Of a DNA stretch of 52,985 bases, positions 37,540 through 45,728 are shown in pieces. The notes under the pieces are model-generated. The model ran no database searches. It worked only from the letters and a program-made list of their open reading frames with translations, and was not told the origin of the DNA. The translations under genes were made by a program, and so were the position numbers. Numbering within the stretch: the stretch's first letter is position 1; the number at the start of each line of letters is the position of its first letter. Source of the DNA: a virus (taxonomy: Duplodnaviria > Caudoviricetes); the IMG/VR virus record IMGVR_UViG_3300030099_007681, positions 1 to 52,985 of that record; one strand, given 5' to 3'.

Positions 37540-38805
37540 ATGTCAAAATATTTAGTTGAAGAAAACTCTGAATCATCAATTCTACTTTTTAACAAAAGAA
37601 GACTATATCGGTCCATTTTGAGAGGACAAAACCATAATAATATTATACAAATGGACGTGGCAGAAAAAATATTATACGGTAGAATTGATTCAAACTTTTT
37701 ACCCTTAATCGTAACCAAAGCAAATCTAACAAGGTTACAAAGTTTTGATAATGAATTTGATCCTCCAAAAGCATTAAATTTTGTTGCGGACCTGTTTGCC
37801 GAAGTTGTTACACAATTTAAAAAATGCACCCAGATTGGAAATATTAGGCAAAATGATACCTACTTAAGTAATTTAAAAGCGTACAAAGCTTACGTGGACC
37901 CAATTGAGGAATATCAGCAATACATACAAACATACTCCGACTCAATTGCTGGTATGTTTATTGCTGACAATATTAAGGTCACAAACTTTGATGAGTTCAA
38001 AGAGGCTATACTGCCAGTCTTAAAAACTGCAGCTAGTTTTGAGCCCATAACATTTACTGGATTTTTAAAAAGTAAAAATTGTTCTGTCTTATCTACAGGA
38101 CTGGCGATTGAGATTGCAGATTCTGATTATATCAATGATAATGAAAAATTTGAAAGCTTTATTCAAAGTGAAAACTGGGAATTTTTTGTTAACACTTGCG
38201 ATTCGTATGGATTTATGGTAGATTTAAATGTTCCCTGGAGAATGATTATTGACCTTAATTCAACAGCAGCAATTGAAGCAGCTTCAAGATATATTGATGT
38301 TGCGACAGCAGATCAAACCTTATTTTATTATTACCAAAATTCATCAAGGGTAAATTATTCATTTTTTAAAAAAACATTGCTTGATCTTTATATGAATATA
38401 AGAAAAAACTATGCGCAAATATTTGAGTGCCAGGTAAGTAGAAAGCTTGTTCCGTCAGTCATTTCTGCACAAGCGTATACACTTGAGCAATTAACAAAAA
38501 AATATGATGAACAATATTTTATAGATTTTTATACAAGATTAAGATTGTTTGAAGAAAGGCGCGAATTGGACTCTGAAAAAATTAACAAAATTGTTGATGA
38601 TCAAATAAGTTTTTTTAATAGTAATGGAGACTACGAGCGTCTTTTTGTATATTTAGAGTCTCAAATCAATAAAACATTTGACAAAGAAGGCTCATTGGGA
38701 TATTATAACAATCTGTATAGAAAACGCAAGATTGAAAAATTTAATTTAGGCGAAATAAATATTCTAACAACTACAGAAGGTGGAGATGATTTTTCAGGCT
38801 ATTGA
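37540..38805 (+). CDS. hypothetical protein, 421 aa
   Basis: Long ORF coupled to the hub gene; motifs LYGRID and YGFMVDLNVPWRMIIDL; function unrecognised. Confidence 0.7.
   Translation: MSKYLVEENSESSILLFNKRRLYRSILRGQNHNNIIQMDVAEKILYGRIDSNFLPLIVTKANLTRLQSFDNEFDPPKALNFVADLFAEVVTQFKKCTQIGNIRQNDTYLSNLKAYKAYVDPIEEYQQYIQTYSDSIAGMFIADNIKVTNFDEFKEAILPVLKTAASFEPITFTGFLKSKNCSVLSTGLAIEIADSDYINDNEKFESFIQSENWEFFVNTCDSYGFMVDLNVPWRMIIDLNSTAAIEAASRYIDVATADQTLFYYYQNSSRVNYSFFKKTLLDLYMNIRKNYAQIFECQVSRKLVPSVISAQAYTLEQLTKKYDEQYFIDFYTRLRLFEERRELDSEKINKIVDDQISFFNSNGDYERLFVYLESQINKTFDKEGSLGYYNNLYRKRKIEKFNLGEINILTTTEGGDDFSGY
38678..38706 (+). promoter_or_regulatory. sigma70-type promoter for polA-tubulin
   Basis: TTGACA-17-TATTAT inside the 3' end of the upstream CDS. 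Confidence 0.6.
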
Positions 38806-39955
38806 TGACAAAAATGAATGCATCGGCATATATGCCAACGGAAAACTTGATTTTGAAAATATACCAACTGGACTTACCCGAACATGGAAATACAGCGGGT
38901 CTGTAACTGATGAGGCAATTGAATATGGTTGGCTTTACGCAGGTGGCAAAAAATTAATTGATTGTTGTCCAGATGAACTAGTGGATGAATTACAAAGCGC
39001 ACAGAAAAAAGCGCGCGCTTACATCAAATCATTTGAAATTGCAAAAATTAATTTACGTGACCATTGTATATATGATTTAATACCATATGACTTTCTCATG
39101 GAGTTTTGCGAAGTTAAAAATAAAGTCACTGAGCACGTATTTAACAATTTTAACAAACCAAATAACTATGAACACTTAAATGCTGTGCAAAAATTGCTTC
39201 ATAAAATAAAGTATCAAAATTTAAACATCGATATTAGTGATTGCAAGCACTTACTAATATCATCCGTCGTAAGAAGTAAGATACAGAGGATATCAAAGAA
39301 TAATTTTATTGACTATGATTTATTTGGCACAGTAACAGGCCGTCTTACAACAAAACAAAATTCATTCCCTGTGCTTACTATGAAAAAAGAAATTAGACAA
39401 ATTATGAAGCCAAATAACGACCTTTTTATAGCATTGGATTACAATGGCGCAGAGGTGAGAACACTGCTTGAGCTACAGAGTGTTGAACAGCCAGCCGAGG
39501 ACATTCACGAGTGGAACTGTAAACATCTTTTTGAGCAAGAGGTTACAAGAGATGAGTGTAAGGTAAGATTTTTTGCATGGCTATATGATCCTGAATCAAC
39601 TGACATTAATACAAGATTATATAACCGTGAAAATCTTTTAGAAACGTGGTATGATGGCACGCATATTAGTACTCCATATGGCCGGCGCATTAAAGTAGAA
39701 AAAAGAAAAGCATTCAATTATTTAATTCAAAGTACAACTGCGGATCGTGTTTTAGAAAAAGCTGTTAAAATTGATAAATTGCTGGAAGGCCACAAAAGTT
39801 ACATATCTCATATAATTCATGATGAAATTGTTTTAGATTATTCTGATGAAGATCGTGGGTTAATTCCTTTAATAAAAAATATATTCGAAGATGGATTCTT
39901 GTCTTCGGTAAGTGCTGGAAAAAATGGGTTTGAACTAAAAGAGATAAAAATATGA
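38786..39955 (+). CDS. minimal family A DNA polymerase (polymerase domain only)
   Basis: TVTGRL, motif A LDYNGAEVR, motif B RDECKVRFFAWLY, NYLIQSTTAD, motif C IHDEI; about 390 aa; start ATG 38786 or GTG 38780. Confidence 0.85.
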   Translation: MIFQAIDDKNECIGIYANGKLDFENIPTGLTRTWKYSGSVTDEAIEYGWLYAGGKKLIDCCPDELVDELQSAQKKARAYIKSFEIAKINLRDHCIYDLIPYDFLMEFCEVKNKVTEHVFNNFNKPNNYEHLNAVQKLLHKIKYQNLNIDISDCKHLLISSVVRSKIQRISKNNFIDYDLFGTVTGRLTTKQNSFPVLTMKKEIRQIMKPNNDLFIALDYNGAEVRTLLELQSVEQPAEDIHEWNCKHLFEQEVTRDECKVRFFAWLYDPESTDINTRLYNRENLLETWYDGTHISTPYGRRIKVEKRKAFNYLIQSTTADRVLEKAVKIDKLLEGHKSYISHIIHDEIVLDYSDEDRGLIPLIKNIFEDGFLSSVSAGKNGFELKEIKI

Positions 39956-40815
39956 TTTCTATTATTGGATTAGGAAACGCTGCTTCAGCGATAGCAGAAC
40001 TGTTCTCAGAAATTAAGCAATACAAAATTTACAAACTTAATTCAAAAATTGAAAAAAATACTAAGTATAACTTTAAATTAAAAAATTTTGATAAGCCGGA
40101 AGATTATGAAAAAAATATTCCCAGATTAGGTAAGTTTTTTAGTACTATTGATAATAATGTACAGTTTATTGTTATGGGGGGCTCCTACAGTTCTAACTAC
40201 ACTTTAGGAATTTTAGAACAAATAAAAGATAAGCCCATAGACTTAATTTATATTCAGCCAGACACCGAATTACTAACGGGCAATCCTGTATTAATAGAAA
40301 ACACAACATTTGGAGTGCTTCAGGAGTATGCTAGGTCAGGATTGATAAACTCAATTACTTTAATTTCTAATCTTGCAATTGAAGAGTCTCTTGGAGACAT
40401 TAACATTAAAAACTATTATAATTCGCTAAACAACTTCATTTTTTCTGCAGTTCATCATTTAAATTATTTTGTACATTCAGAGCCAGAAATTGGACAGGTC
40501 TCACGTCCTGCTGATATTAATCGAATTCGTGCCATAGCTGGTCTTAATATGAAAAATCTTGAAGAAAAATGGTTTTTTAATCTTGACAACCCCAGAGAGC
40601 TATGTTATTATTTAGCTATAAATACAAAAAGATTGGAGACTGAAGGAGGCTTGCATAAAAAAATTGTAGATATGCTTAAACAAAAACCAAAAAATGCATT
40701 TCGCAAAATTTCTTATGCAATTTATGAAACACCTTACAATGACTTTGGGTTCTGCGTTGCCCATACTAACGTAGTACAAAACAAAAAAACTCTTGACAAG
40801 CTAGAACAAGAGTGA
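39952..40815 (+). CDS. divergent tubulin/FtsZ-family protein
   Basis: T1 loop ISIIGLGNAASAIAE, degenerate signature loop VMGGSYSS, YIQPD, ITLISN, YYNSLN; ATGA-coupled to polA. Confidence 0.7.
   Translation: MISIIGLGNAASAIAELFSEIKQYKIYKLNSKIEKNTKYNFKLKNFDKPEDYEKNIPRLGKFFSTIDNNVQFIVMGGSYSSNYTLGILEQIKDKPIDLIYIQPDTELLTGNPVLIENTTFGVLQEYARSGLINSITLISNLAIEESLGDINIKNYYNSLNNFIFSAVHHLNYFVHSEPEIGQVSRPADINRIRAIAGLNMKNLEEKWFFNLDNPRELCYYLAINTKRLETEGGLHKKIVDMLKQKPKNAFRKISYAIYETPYNDFGFCVAHTNVVQNKKTLDKLEQE
40583..40611 (+). promoter_or_regulatory. sigma70-type promoter inside the tubulin-like gene
   Basis: TTGACA-17-TATTAT with extended -10 TG. Confidence 0.55.
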
Positions 40816-40821
40816 TACATT
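40793..40821 (+). promoter_or_regulatory. sigma70-type promoter for ssb
   Basis: TTGACA-17-TACATT with extended -10 TG and an A-rich UP region. Confidence 0.7.
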
Positions 40822-40872
40822 AGATGCTGTGGAACGCACAGTATACTTTACAAACAAATAGGAGAAAAACTA

Positions 40873-41643
40873 ATGTCAATCAATATGGAACTAATGAGAA
40901 AGAAACTTGCCACACTTCGTGGGGAGCGTGACAAGGATGAAAGCTCACCCTTTTTTAAGCCAGACGAGGGCGATACCGATATTCGTATTGTGCCCACCAA
41001 TGATGGCGACCCCTTGAAGGAAATGTTCTTCCACTATAATGTGGGCGATCACAAGGGAGGTATTCTCTGCCCTAAGCGTAATTACGGGGAGACATGCCCA
41101 ATTTGCTCATTCGCTTCTTCACTTTGGCGTGAAGGAGTTGACAACAACGATGATGAGAGTAAGAAGCTTGCTAAAAGCCTCTTTGTGCGAACCCGCTACT
41201 TCTCACCAGTCATTGTGCGAGGACGAGAAGAAGAAGGAATCAAGGTCTATGGCTACGGTAAGCAAGCCTATGAACTTCTTCTTGGATATATTCTCGATCC
41301 AGAATATGGTGATATCACAGATTCCAAGGAGGGAACCGATATCACTCTTACATACACCAAGCCAAACAAGCCTGGTGCATATCCACAAACGAGCCTCAAG
41401 ATGCGCCGTAACACATCCACCTTGCTGGAAGACGCAGAAGCGATCCCCGCCCTCCTTGATCGCATGCCTGACTTTGACGGACTTTTTGAACGTCTTAGTG
41501 CTCAGCAAGTCGGCGCTATCTTGGACGAGCAACTTTCGGGTGATAGTTCAGCCGAAAGCCGCTCTTCAGAAACAGCTAAATATGGTCCCGCCAACGGTAA
41601 GAGCAGTGTTGACCAAGCATTTGATGAACTAATGAGTAGCTAA
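40873..41643 (+). CDS. single-stranded DNA-binding protein (T4 gp32-like)
   Basis: KPDEG..DIRIVP, Zn site HY...CPKRNYGETCPIC, DITDSKEGTDI, acidic tail AFDELMSS. Confidence 0.85.
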   Translation: MSINMELMRKKLATLRGERDKDESSPFFKPDEGDTDIRIVPTNDGDPLKEMFFHYNVGDHKGGILCPKRNYGETCPICSFASSLWREGVDNNDDESKKLAKSLFVRTRYFSPVIVRGREEEGIKVYGYGKQAYELLLGYILDPEYGDITDSKEGTDITLTYTKPNKPGAYPQTSLKMRRNTSTLLEDAEAIPALLDRMPDFDGLFERLSAQQVGAILDEQLSGDSSAESRSSETAKYGPANGKSSVDQAFDELMSS

Positions 41644-41664
41644 TATAACTAGGCTCTTGTGAGA

Positions 41665-41699
41665 CCGATGGCAGACCGGGATAAAAAATAGTCTGCCAT
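41665..41699 (+). repeat. conserved pseudoknot/hairpin element, copy 1
   Basis: CCG-A-TGGCAGAC-CGG-GATAAAAAATA-GTCTGCCA(T), then ATTTT. Confidence 0.8.
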
Positions 41700-41724
41700 A
41701 TTTTACCAATAAAGGAGAAATAGT

Positions 41725-41976
41725 ATGTTAGATTGGTTAAAGGCCGCATGGGCCAGCTGGAGAATTAGAGTAGCAGTAGTTGGAGGCACACTTGTTGTTG
41801 CAACCGCATATGGAACCTGCTCTGTGGATCCACAAGAGGTTTCAGAGGCCGAGGTAGTACCACAAGTTGAGACTGAAACTAAACAAGTTTCAGAAACTAC
41901 AACCACAGAAACTGCAACAGAAGTTTCCGCTGATACCACCGCTGAAACGACTACTGAAACAAACGCAACAGAATAA
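41725..41976 (+). CDS. small membrane-anchored Thr/Glu-rich protein
   Basis: AAGGAG SD; hydrophobic VAVVGGTLVVATAYGTC followed by a T/E-rich low-complexity tail. Confidence 0.7.
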   Translation: MLDWLKAAWASWRIRVAVVGGTLVVATAYGTCSVDPQEVSEAEVVPQVETETKQVSETTTTETATEVSADTTAETTTETNATE

Positions 41977-41983
41977 GCTGCAG

Positions 41984-42012
41984 CCGCTGGCAGACCGGTG
42001 TAAAGTCTGCCG
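41984..42012 (+). repeat. conserved pseudoknot/hairpin element, copy 2
   Basis: CCG-C-TGGCAGAC-CGG-TGTAAA-GTCTGCCG, then CTTTT. Confidence 0.8.
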
Positions 42013-42081
42013 CTTTTATCAACCACAAAATCGCGAACATAAGATTGTTTAGATGCGATAACAACAAATAAGGAAACAAAC

Positions 42082-43395
42082 ATGACTAGACACGTTATAA
42101 CATTGCCTCTTGCGGGCAAAAATGCTGTTGCACAAGCAGCGCTTCCTCGCCAGGAAGCATCACCAGATGATGTACCAATTATGCACTATGTGTGCTTTGT
42201 TGAACCATCTATTAATAATGGGCTGGAGCTAATTCCAAAGGGCCCAAACCCTCGATATGTCAATATTGATGGTAAAATTCCTAAAGAAATTGAAAAGTCT
42301 TTTATTGAAGACGAAAACTTTGCTATTAAGAATAGAGGCTTACAAATTATTATTGATGATGGGTCATTTGATGTTGTTACAATCGATGGAACACCACACG
42401 TGAAGTTTAGTTGTTCAGAACCCGGCATGACTGGCCATTATGATGGTCAACATACAGGTGATCGGGTTACCACTGCTGTAAAGCAGCTTGGAGAGCAGGG
42501 TCACAAGCAACACTTACCAGTTCAGTTGGTAGAAAGAGCAGCCTTTAGGACTCTTAAGGAAATGCGCGATGCTGCCAAAGCAATTAATAATGTACAGAAA
42601 CAAAAGAATATTAGTGAATTTGATATTGCTGGTGGGTTTGATGAACTCAAGAATAATTTAAGCTATTGTGCTCAAGAAAACATTGGCTGGGCTCAAAATC
42701 AAATTTCTACAGCCGGTACCCGCGTCACCAGTGAATGTCAGGCTACACAAGTTACTTGCCTGCTTGGTTCTTTGCTGCCTAAGACTTTTAGATCTGGCGC
42801 ATCTTTAAGTGACATTAGTTCGTGGCCCAAAAAGGGCGAAGCTGTAATTAATAAGTTTAACGAAAAAGGAGTTGGACAATTGCTCTACCGCGCAGCTACT
42901 GAGATTGATACGCTATTGGAACTGTCAGACTATATCCAAAGCACGCTGAAAAGTACTTTAGGGGGCCAATATGAAACCTATGGTATTTTGAGGGCTTCCA
43001 CCGCCGCACAGTTAAAAAAGTCAGTTGAGGATAGAAAAGCATATAAGTCCTCTTTATTTAAGACCGGGGGATCTAACGACCATACGCTAAATAAAGATAT
43101 CATGCCAGTTGTATGTTATTCAATTGTCAATAGTGTTTATGAATATGACGACCAGTCTGGGTTTACTACAAATTATTCAATTGACGAAATGAAGGCAATT
43201 TGGAAGGAGGCAGGCCCTGCGGTTCTTTCTAGCATTGAAAATCGTTATCGTAATAGTTTTCAGACAAATTATAAATCACGTTGGGCTGATTTTGCTTTAG
43301 ATATTACAATGTGGGCACAGTGTGCCGATCTTGTTCAGCGAGTAATTTATAATCCTCAATCCTGGAAGAGACACTTAAGTCAAAAAGTTGCTTAA
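42082..43395 (+). CDS. AIPR-like (ParB-superfamily) protein
   Basis: GPNPR...FAIKNRGLQI...GHYDGQHT...INN.QKQK matches the AIPR NxR / FxxxNnGi / (D/N)GxQ(H)T pattern. Confidence 0.65.
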   Translation: MTRHVITLPLAGKNAVAQAALPRQEASPDDVPIMHYVCFVEPSINNGLELIPKGPNPRYVNIDGKIPKEIEKSFIEDENFAIKNRGLQIIIDDGSFDVVTIDGTPHVKFSCSEPGMTGHYDGQHTGDRVTTAVKQLGEQGHKQHLPVQLVERAAFRTLKEMRDAAKAINNVQKQKNISEFDIAGGFDELKNNLSYCAQENIGWAQNQISTAGTRVTSECQATQVTCLLGSLLPKTFRSGASLSDISSWPKKGEAVINKFNEKGVGQLLYRAATEIDTLLELSDYIQSTLKSTLGGQYETYGILRASTAAQLKKSVEDRKAYKSSLFKTGGSNDHTLNKDIMPVVCYSIVNSVYEYDDQSGFTTNYSIDEMKAIWKEAGPAVLSSIENRYRNSFQTNYKSRWADFALDITMWAQCADLVQRVIYNPQSWKRHLSQKVA

Positions 43396-43402
43396 TAAAT
43401 AT

Positions 43403-43430
43403 CCGCTAGCACACCGGTTAAAGTGTGCTA
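43403..43430 (+). repeat. conserved pseudoknot/hairpin element, copy 3
   Basis: CCG-C-TAGCACAC-CGG-TTAAA-GTGTGCTA, then TTTTT; two compensatory pairs relative to copy 1. Confidence 0.8.
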
Positions 43431-43436
43431 TTTTTC

Positions 43437-43465
43437 TTGACACTTGATTCAGCACGTGATAAGAT
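43437..43465 (+). promoter_or_regulatory. sigma70-type promoter for recA
   Basis: TTGACA-17-TAAGAT with extended -10 TG. Confidence 0.65.
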
Positions 43466-43489
43466 ACAATATAATTTATAGGAGGGCTA

Positions 43490-44638
43490 ATGGCCAGAAA
43501 AGCAAAACCAAAGGCAGGTCGTGTAGATATGCAAGATCTGATGAAACTAGTAAATAAGAAGGCAGGTAGAAATGTCGCACATGATTTAACTGGCGATAAT
43601 CCTACATCAGTAAAAGAATGGATTCCAACAGGATCTAGGTGGCTAGATTCTATTATTTGCAAAGGACAGGTTTCTGGTATTCCTGTTGGCAAGGTTACTG
43701 AAATCGCTGGCCTTGAAGCAACAGGTAAATCATACATGGCTGCACAAATTGCGGCGAACGCTCAAAAAACAGGTAAGTTGGTTGTATATTTTGATTCTGA
43801 ATCTGCAATTGATCCAACTTTTTTGGAGCGTTCTGGGTGTGATTTAGGGCGATTAATGTATGTTCAAGCATCCTCCGTGGAGTTTGTGCTTGAAACTATT
43901 GAAGAACTTTTGGGCGCCACTGATGAACAACTAGTTTTTATCTGGGACTCGCTGGCTTTCACGCCATCTATTTCAGATGTAGAGGGCGATTTCAATCCTC
44001 AGTCTTCAATGGCAGTCAAGGCTCGAATCTTAGCTAAAGGAATGTCAAAATTGACTATTCCAATTGCAGATAAACAAGCTACTTTTATTGTTCTTAACCA
44101 ATTGAAGACAAATATTCCACAAGGACCAACGGCGCGTATTGTAGCAATGACAACGCCATATATCACGCCGGGTGGAAAAGCCATGCACTATGCATATTCG
44201 TTGCGTGTATGGCTTACTGGTCGCAAAGCAAAATCTTCGTTTATTGAAGATGAAAAAGGGTTTCGCATTGGCTCTGAAGTCAAAGTGAAGCTTGAAAAGT
44301 CAAGATTTGGTACGCAAGGTCGATCCTGTGCTTTTCGTATCTTATGGGGGACAGATGAGATTGGCATTCGCGACGAAGAAAGCTGGTTTGATGCCATTAA
44401 AGGTTCCGATTCGTTAACATCTGCAGGGGCATGGTATACATTATCCACCTCCGATGGTTATACGAAAAAGTTCCAACCCTCCAAATGGACTGAGTTAGTT
44501 ACTAGTGATGAAGAATTTAGAAATCGCGTAATTAGAATTATGGATGAAGAAATTGTTCAAAAATTTGATAAACGCGAAGGTGATGCTAGTAATTATTACG
44601 AAGATCCTGATGATCTCACTGTGCCCGTAAAAGAATAA
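43490..44638 (+). CDS. recA: RecA/UvsX recombinase
   Basis: IPTGS, EIAGLEATGKS (Walker A), FDSESAID, WDSLA, NQLK, TPGGKAM. Confidence 0.93.
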   Translation: MARKAKPKAGRVDMQDLMKLVNKKAGRNVAHDLTGDNPTSVKEWIPTGSRWLDSIICKGQVSGIPVGKVTEIAGLEATGKSYMAAQIAANAQKTGKLVVYFDSESAIDPTFLERSGCDLGRLMYVQASSVEFVLETIEELLGATDEQLVFIWDSLAFTPSISDVEGDFNPQSSMAVKARILAKGMSKLTIPIADKQATFIVLNQLKTNIPQGPTARIVAMTTPYITPGGKAMHYAYSLRVWLTGRKAKSSFIEDEKGFRIGSEVKVKLEKSRFGTQGRSCAFRILWGTDEIGIRDEESWFDAIKGSDSLTSAGAWYTLSTSDGYTKKFQPSKWTELVTSDEEFRNRVIRIMDEEIVQKFDKREGDASNYYEDPDDLTVPVKE

Positions 44639-44646
44639 AATAATTC

Positions 44647-44675
44647 TTGACTTTGCCCTCTGGATTGGTTATAAT
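44647..44675 (+). promoter_or_regulatory. sigma70-type promoter for uvsE
   Basis: TTGACT-17-TATAAT. Confidence 0.75.
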
Positions 44676-44703
44676 AAGATATAATCATGAAGGAGGGTTT
44701 TTC

Positions 44704-45639
44704 ATGCGAAACTACGGATATGCTTGCATCAATATGGGGTTTTCAAATCGCTCTAAGTCGCAACGCATTACAACTAACAGAACAATGATCAAGCGCACGT
44801 TCTTTGAAAAGGGTATCGGATATGCTTCCGAGCTAGCTTTACAGAACGTACGAGATCTTTACAAAATTCTAGAATGGAATTTGGAGAACGATATTTATTT
44901 CTATCGCCTCTCATCGGATATGATCCCATGGGCAAGCGAGTATGAAATGGAAGAGTTGCCAGATTACAATCTTATTCTTGCGGCCGCTATGAAAGCTGGC
45001 AACTTTGCACGTGAACATGGCATGCGGCTGACATCGCACCCCGGCCCATTCAACAAGCTGGCATCGCCAAAAGAACGAGTATTCCAGCTTACTTACAAAG
45101 ATCTCAAGGTCCACGGAGATTTGTTTGATATGATTGGTTTGCCGCGCACGCCGTACGCTAAACTAAACATTCATGTGGGTGCAGCCTATGGTGATAAACC
45201 AATGGCTCTCGACAACTTCTGCCGCAACTTTGAACGTCTGCCAGAAAATGTCCGCTTAAGATTGACAGTTGAGAATGATGATAAAACTTCGCTGTATTCA
45301 ACACTGGAGTTGTACGAAGGTGTATACAAGCGCATCGGTATTCCGATTGTCTTTGACTATCATCACCACATGCTTCATACCGGCGGACAAACAGAACAGG
45401 AAGCACTTGAGCTTGCTTTATCTACATGGGGTGAAATCAAGCCAGTGGTGCATTATGCTGAATCGCGCTCTGTTGAGCAAAACAACCCCAAAATCAAACC
45501 ACAAGCACACTCCGACATGATTCGTAACCCATTTAATGATTACGGCAATGAATTTGATGTTATGATTGAGGCTAAGCATAAAGAGCTTGCATTGTTGGAA
45601 TATCGTGATATAATGAATAAACAAAGGAGCGTTGCATAA
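44704..45639 (+). CDS. uvsE: UV damage endonuclease (UvsE/UVDE)
   Basis: GYACIN, FYRLSSD, RLTSHPGPF, NIHVG, LTVENDD, VFDYHHH, HSD, MIEAKHKE; start moved to ATG 44704 after GGAGGG. Confidence 0.93.
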   Translation: MRNYGYACINMGFSNRSKSQRITTNRTMIKRTFFEKGIGYASELALQNVRDLYKILEWNLENDIYFYRLSSDMIPWASEYEMEELPDYNLILAAAMKAGNFAREHGMRLTSHPGPFNKLASPKERVFQLTYKDLKVHGDLFDMIGLPRTPYAKLNIHVGAAYGDKPMALDNFCRNFERLPENVRLRLTVENDDKTSLYSTLELYEGVYKRIGIPIVFDYHHHMLHTGGQTEQEALELALSTWGEIKPVVHYAESRSVEQNNPKIKPQAHSDMIRNPFNDYGNEFDVMIEAKHKELALLEYRDIMNKQRSVA

Positions 45640-45728
45640 TGTATCAAGTATTTTTAAATTGCACTGTTGCGTTTATTATACTTGGGTTTGTGTATACACT
45701 TTATTTAATTGACAACATGGAGAACTAG
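45639..45728 (+). CDS. 29 aa single-TM peptide (MYQVFLNCTVAFIILGFVYTLYLIDNMEN)
   Basis: AGGAG SD at 45625; TAATG and TAGTG couplings fill the gap exactly. Confidence 0.6.
   Translation: MYQVFLNCTVAFIILGFVYTLYLIDNMEN

Noticed and set aside
39952-40815. Evidence for a nucleus-forming (chimallin) jumbo phage
   Set aside because: Tubulin alone is insufficient; the head genes are T4-like, and no chimallin or multisubunit RNAP is seen in the window
41039-41632. 197 aa alternative-frame ORF inside ssb
   Set aside because: Fully nested in a well-supported gene, with no recognisable motifs or SD
41665-43430. Pseudoknot copies as stop-codon readthrough signals or as a CRISPR array
   Set aside because: Spacing from the stop is inconsistent (21, 7, 7 nt) and copy 3 follows tandem TAA TAA; spacers are whole genes rather than 30-40 nt, and there are no cas genes
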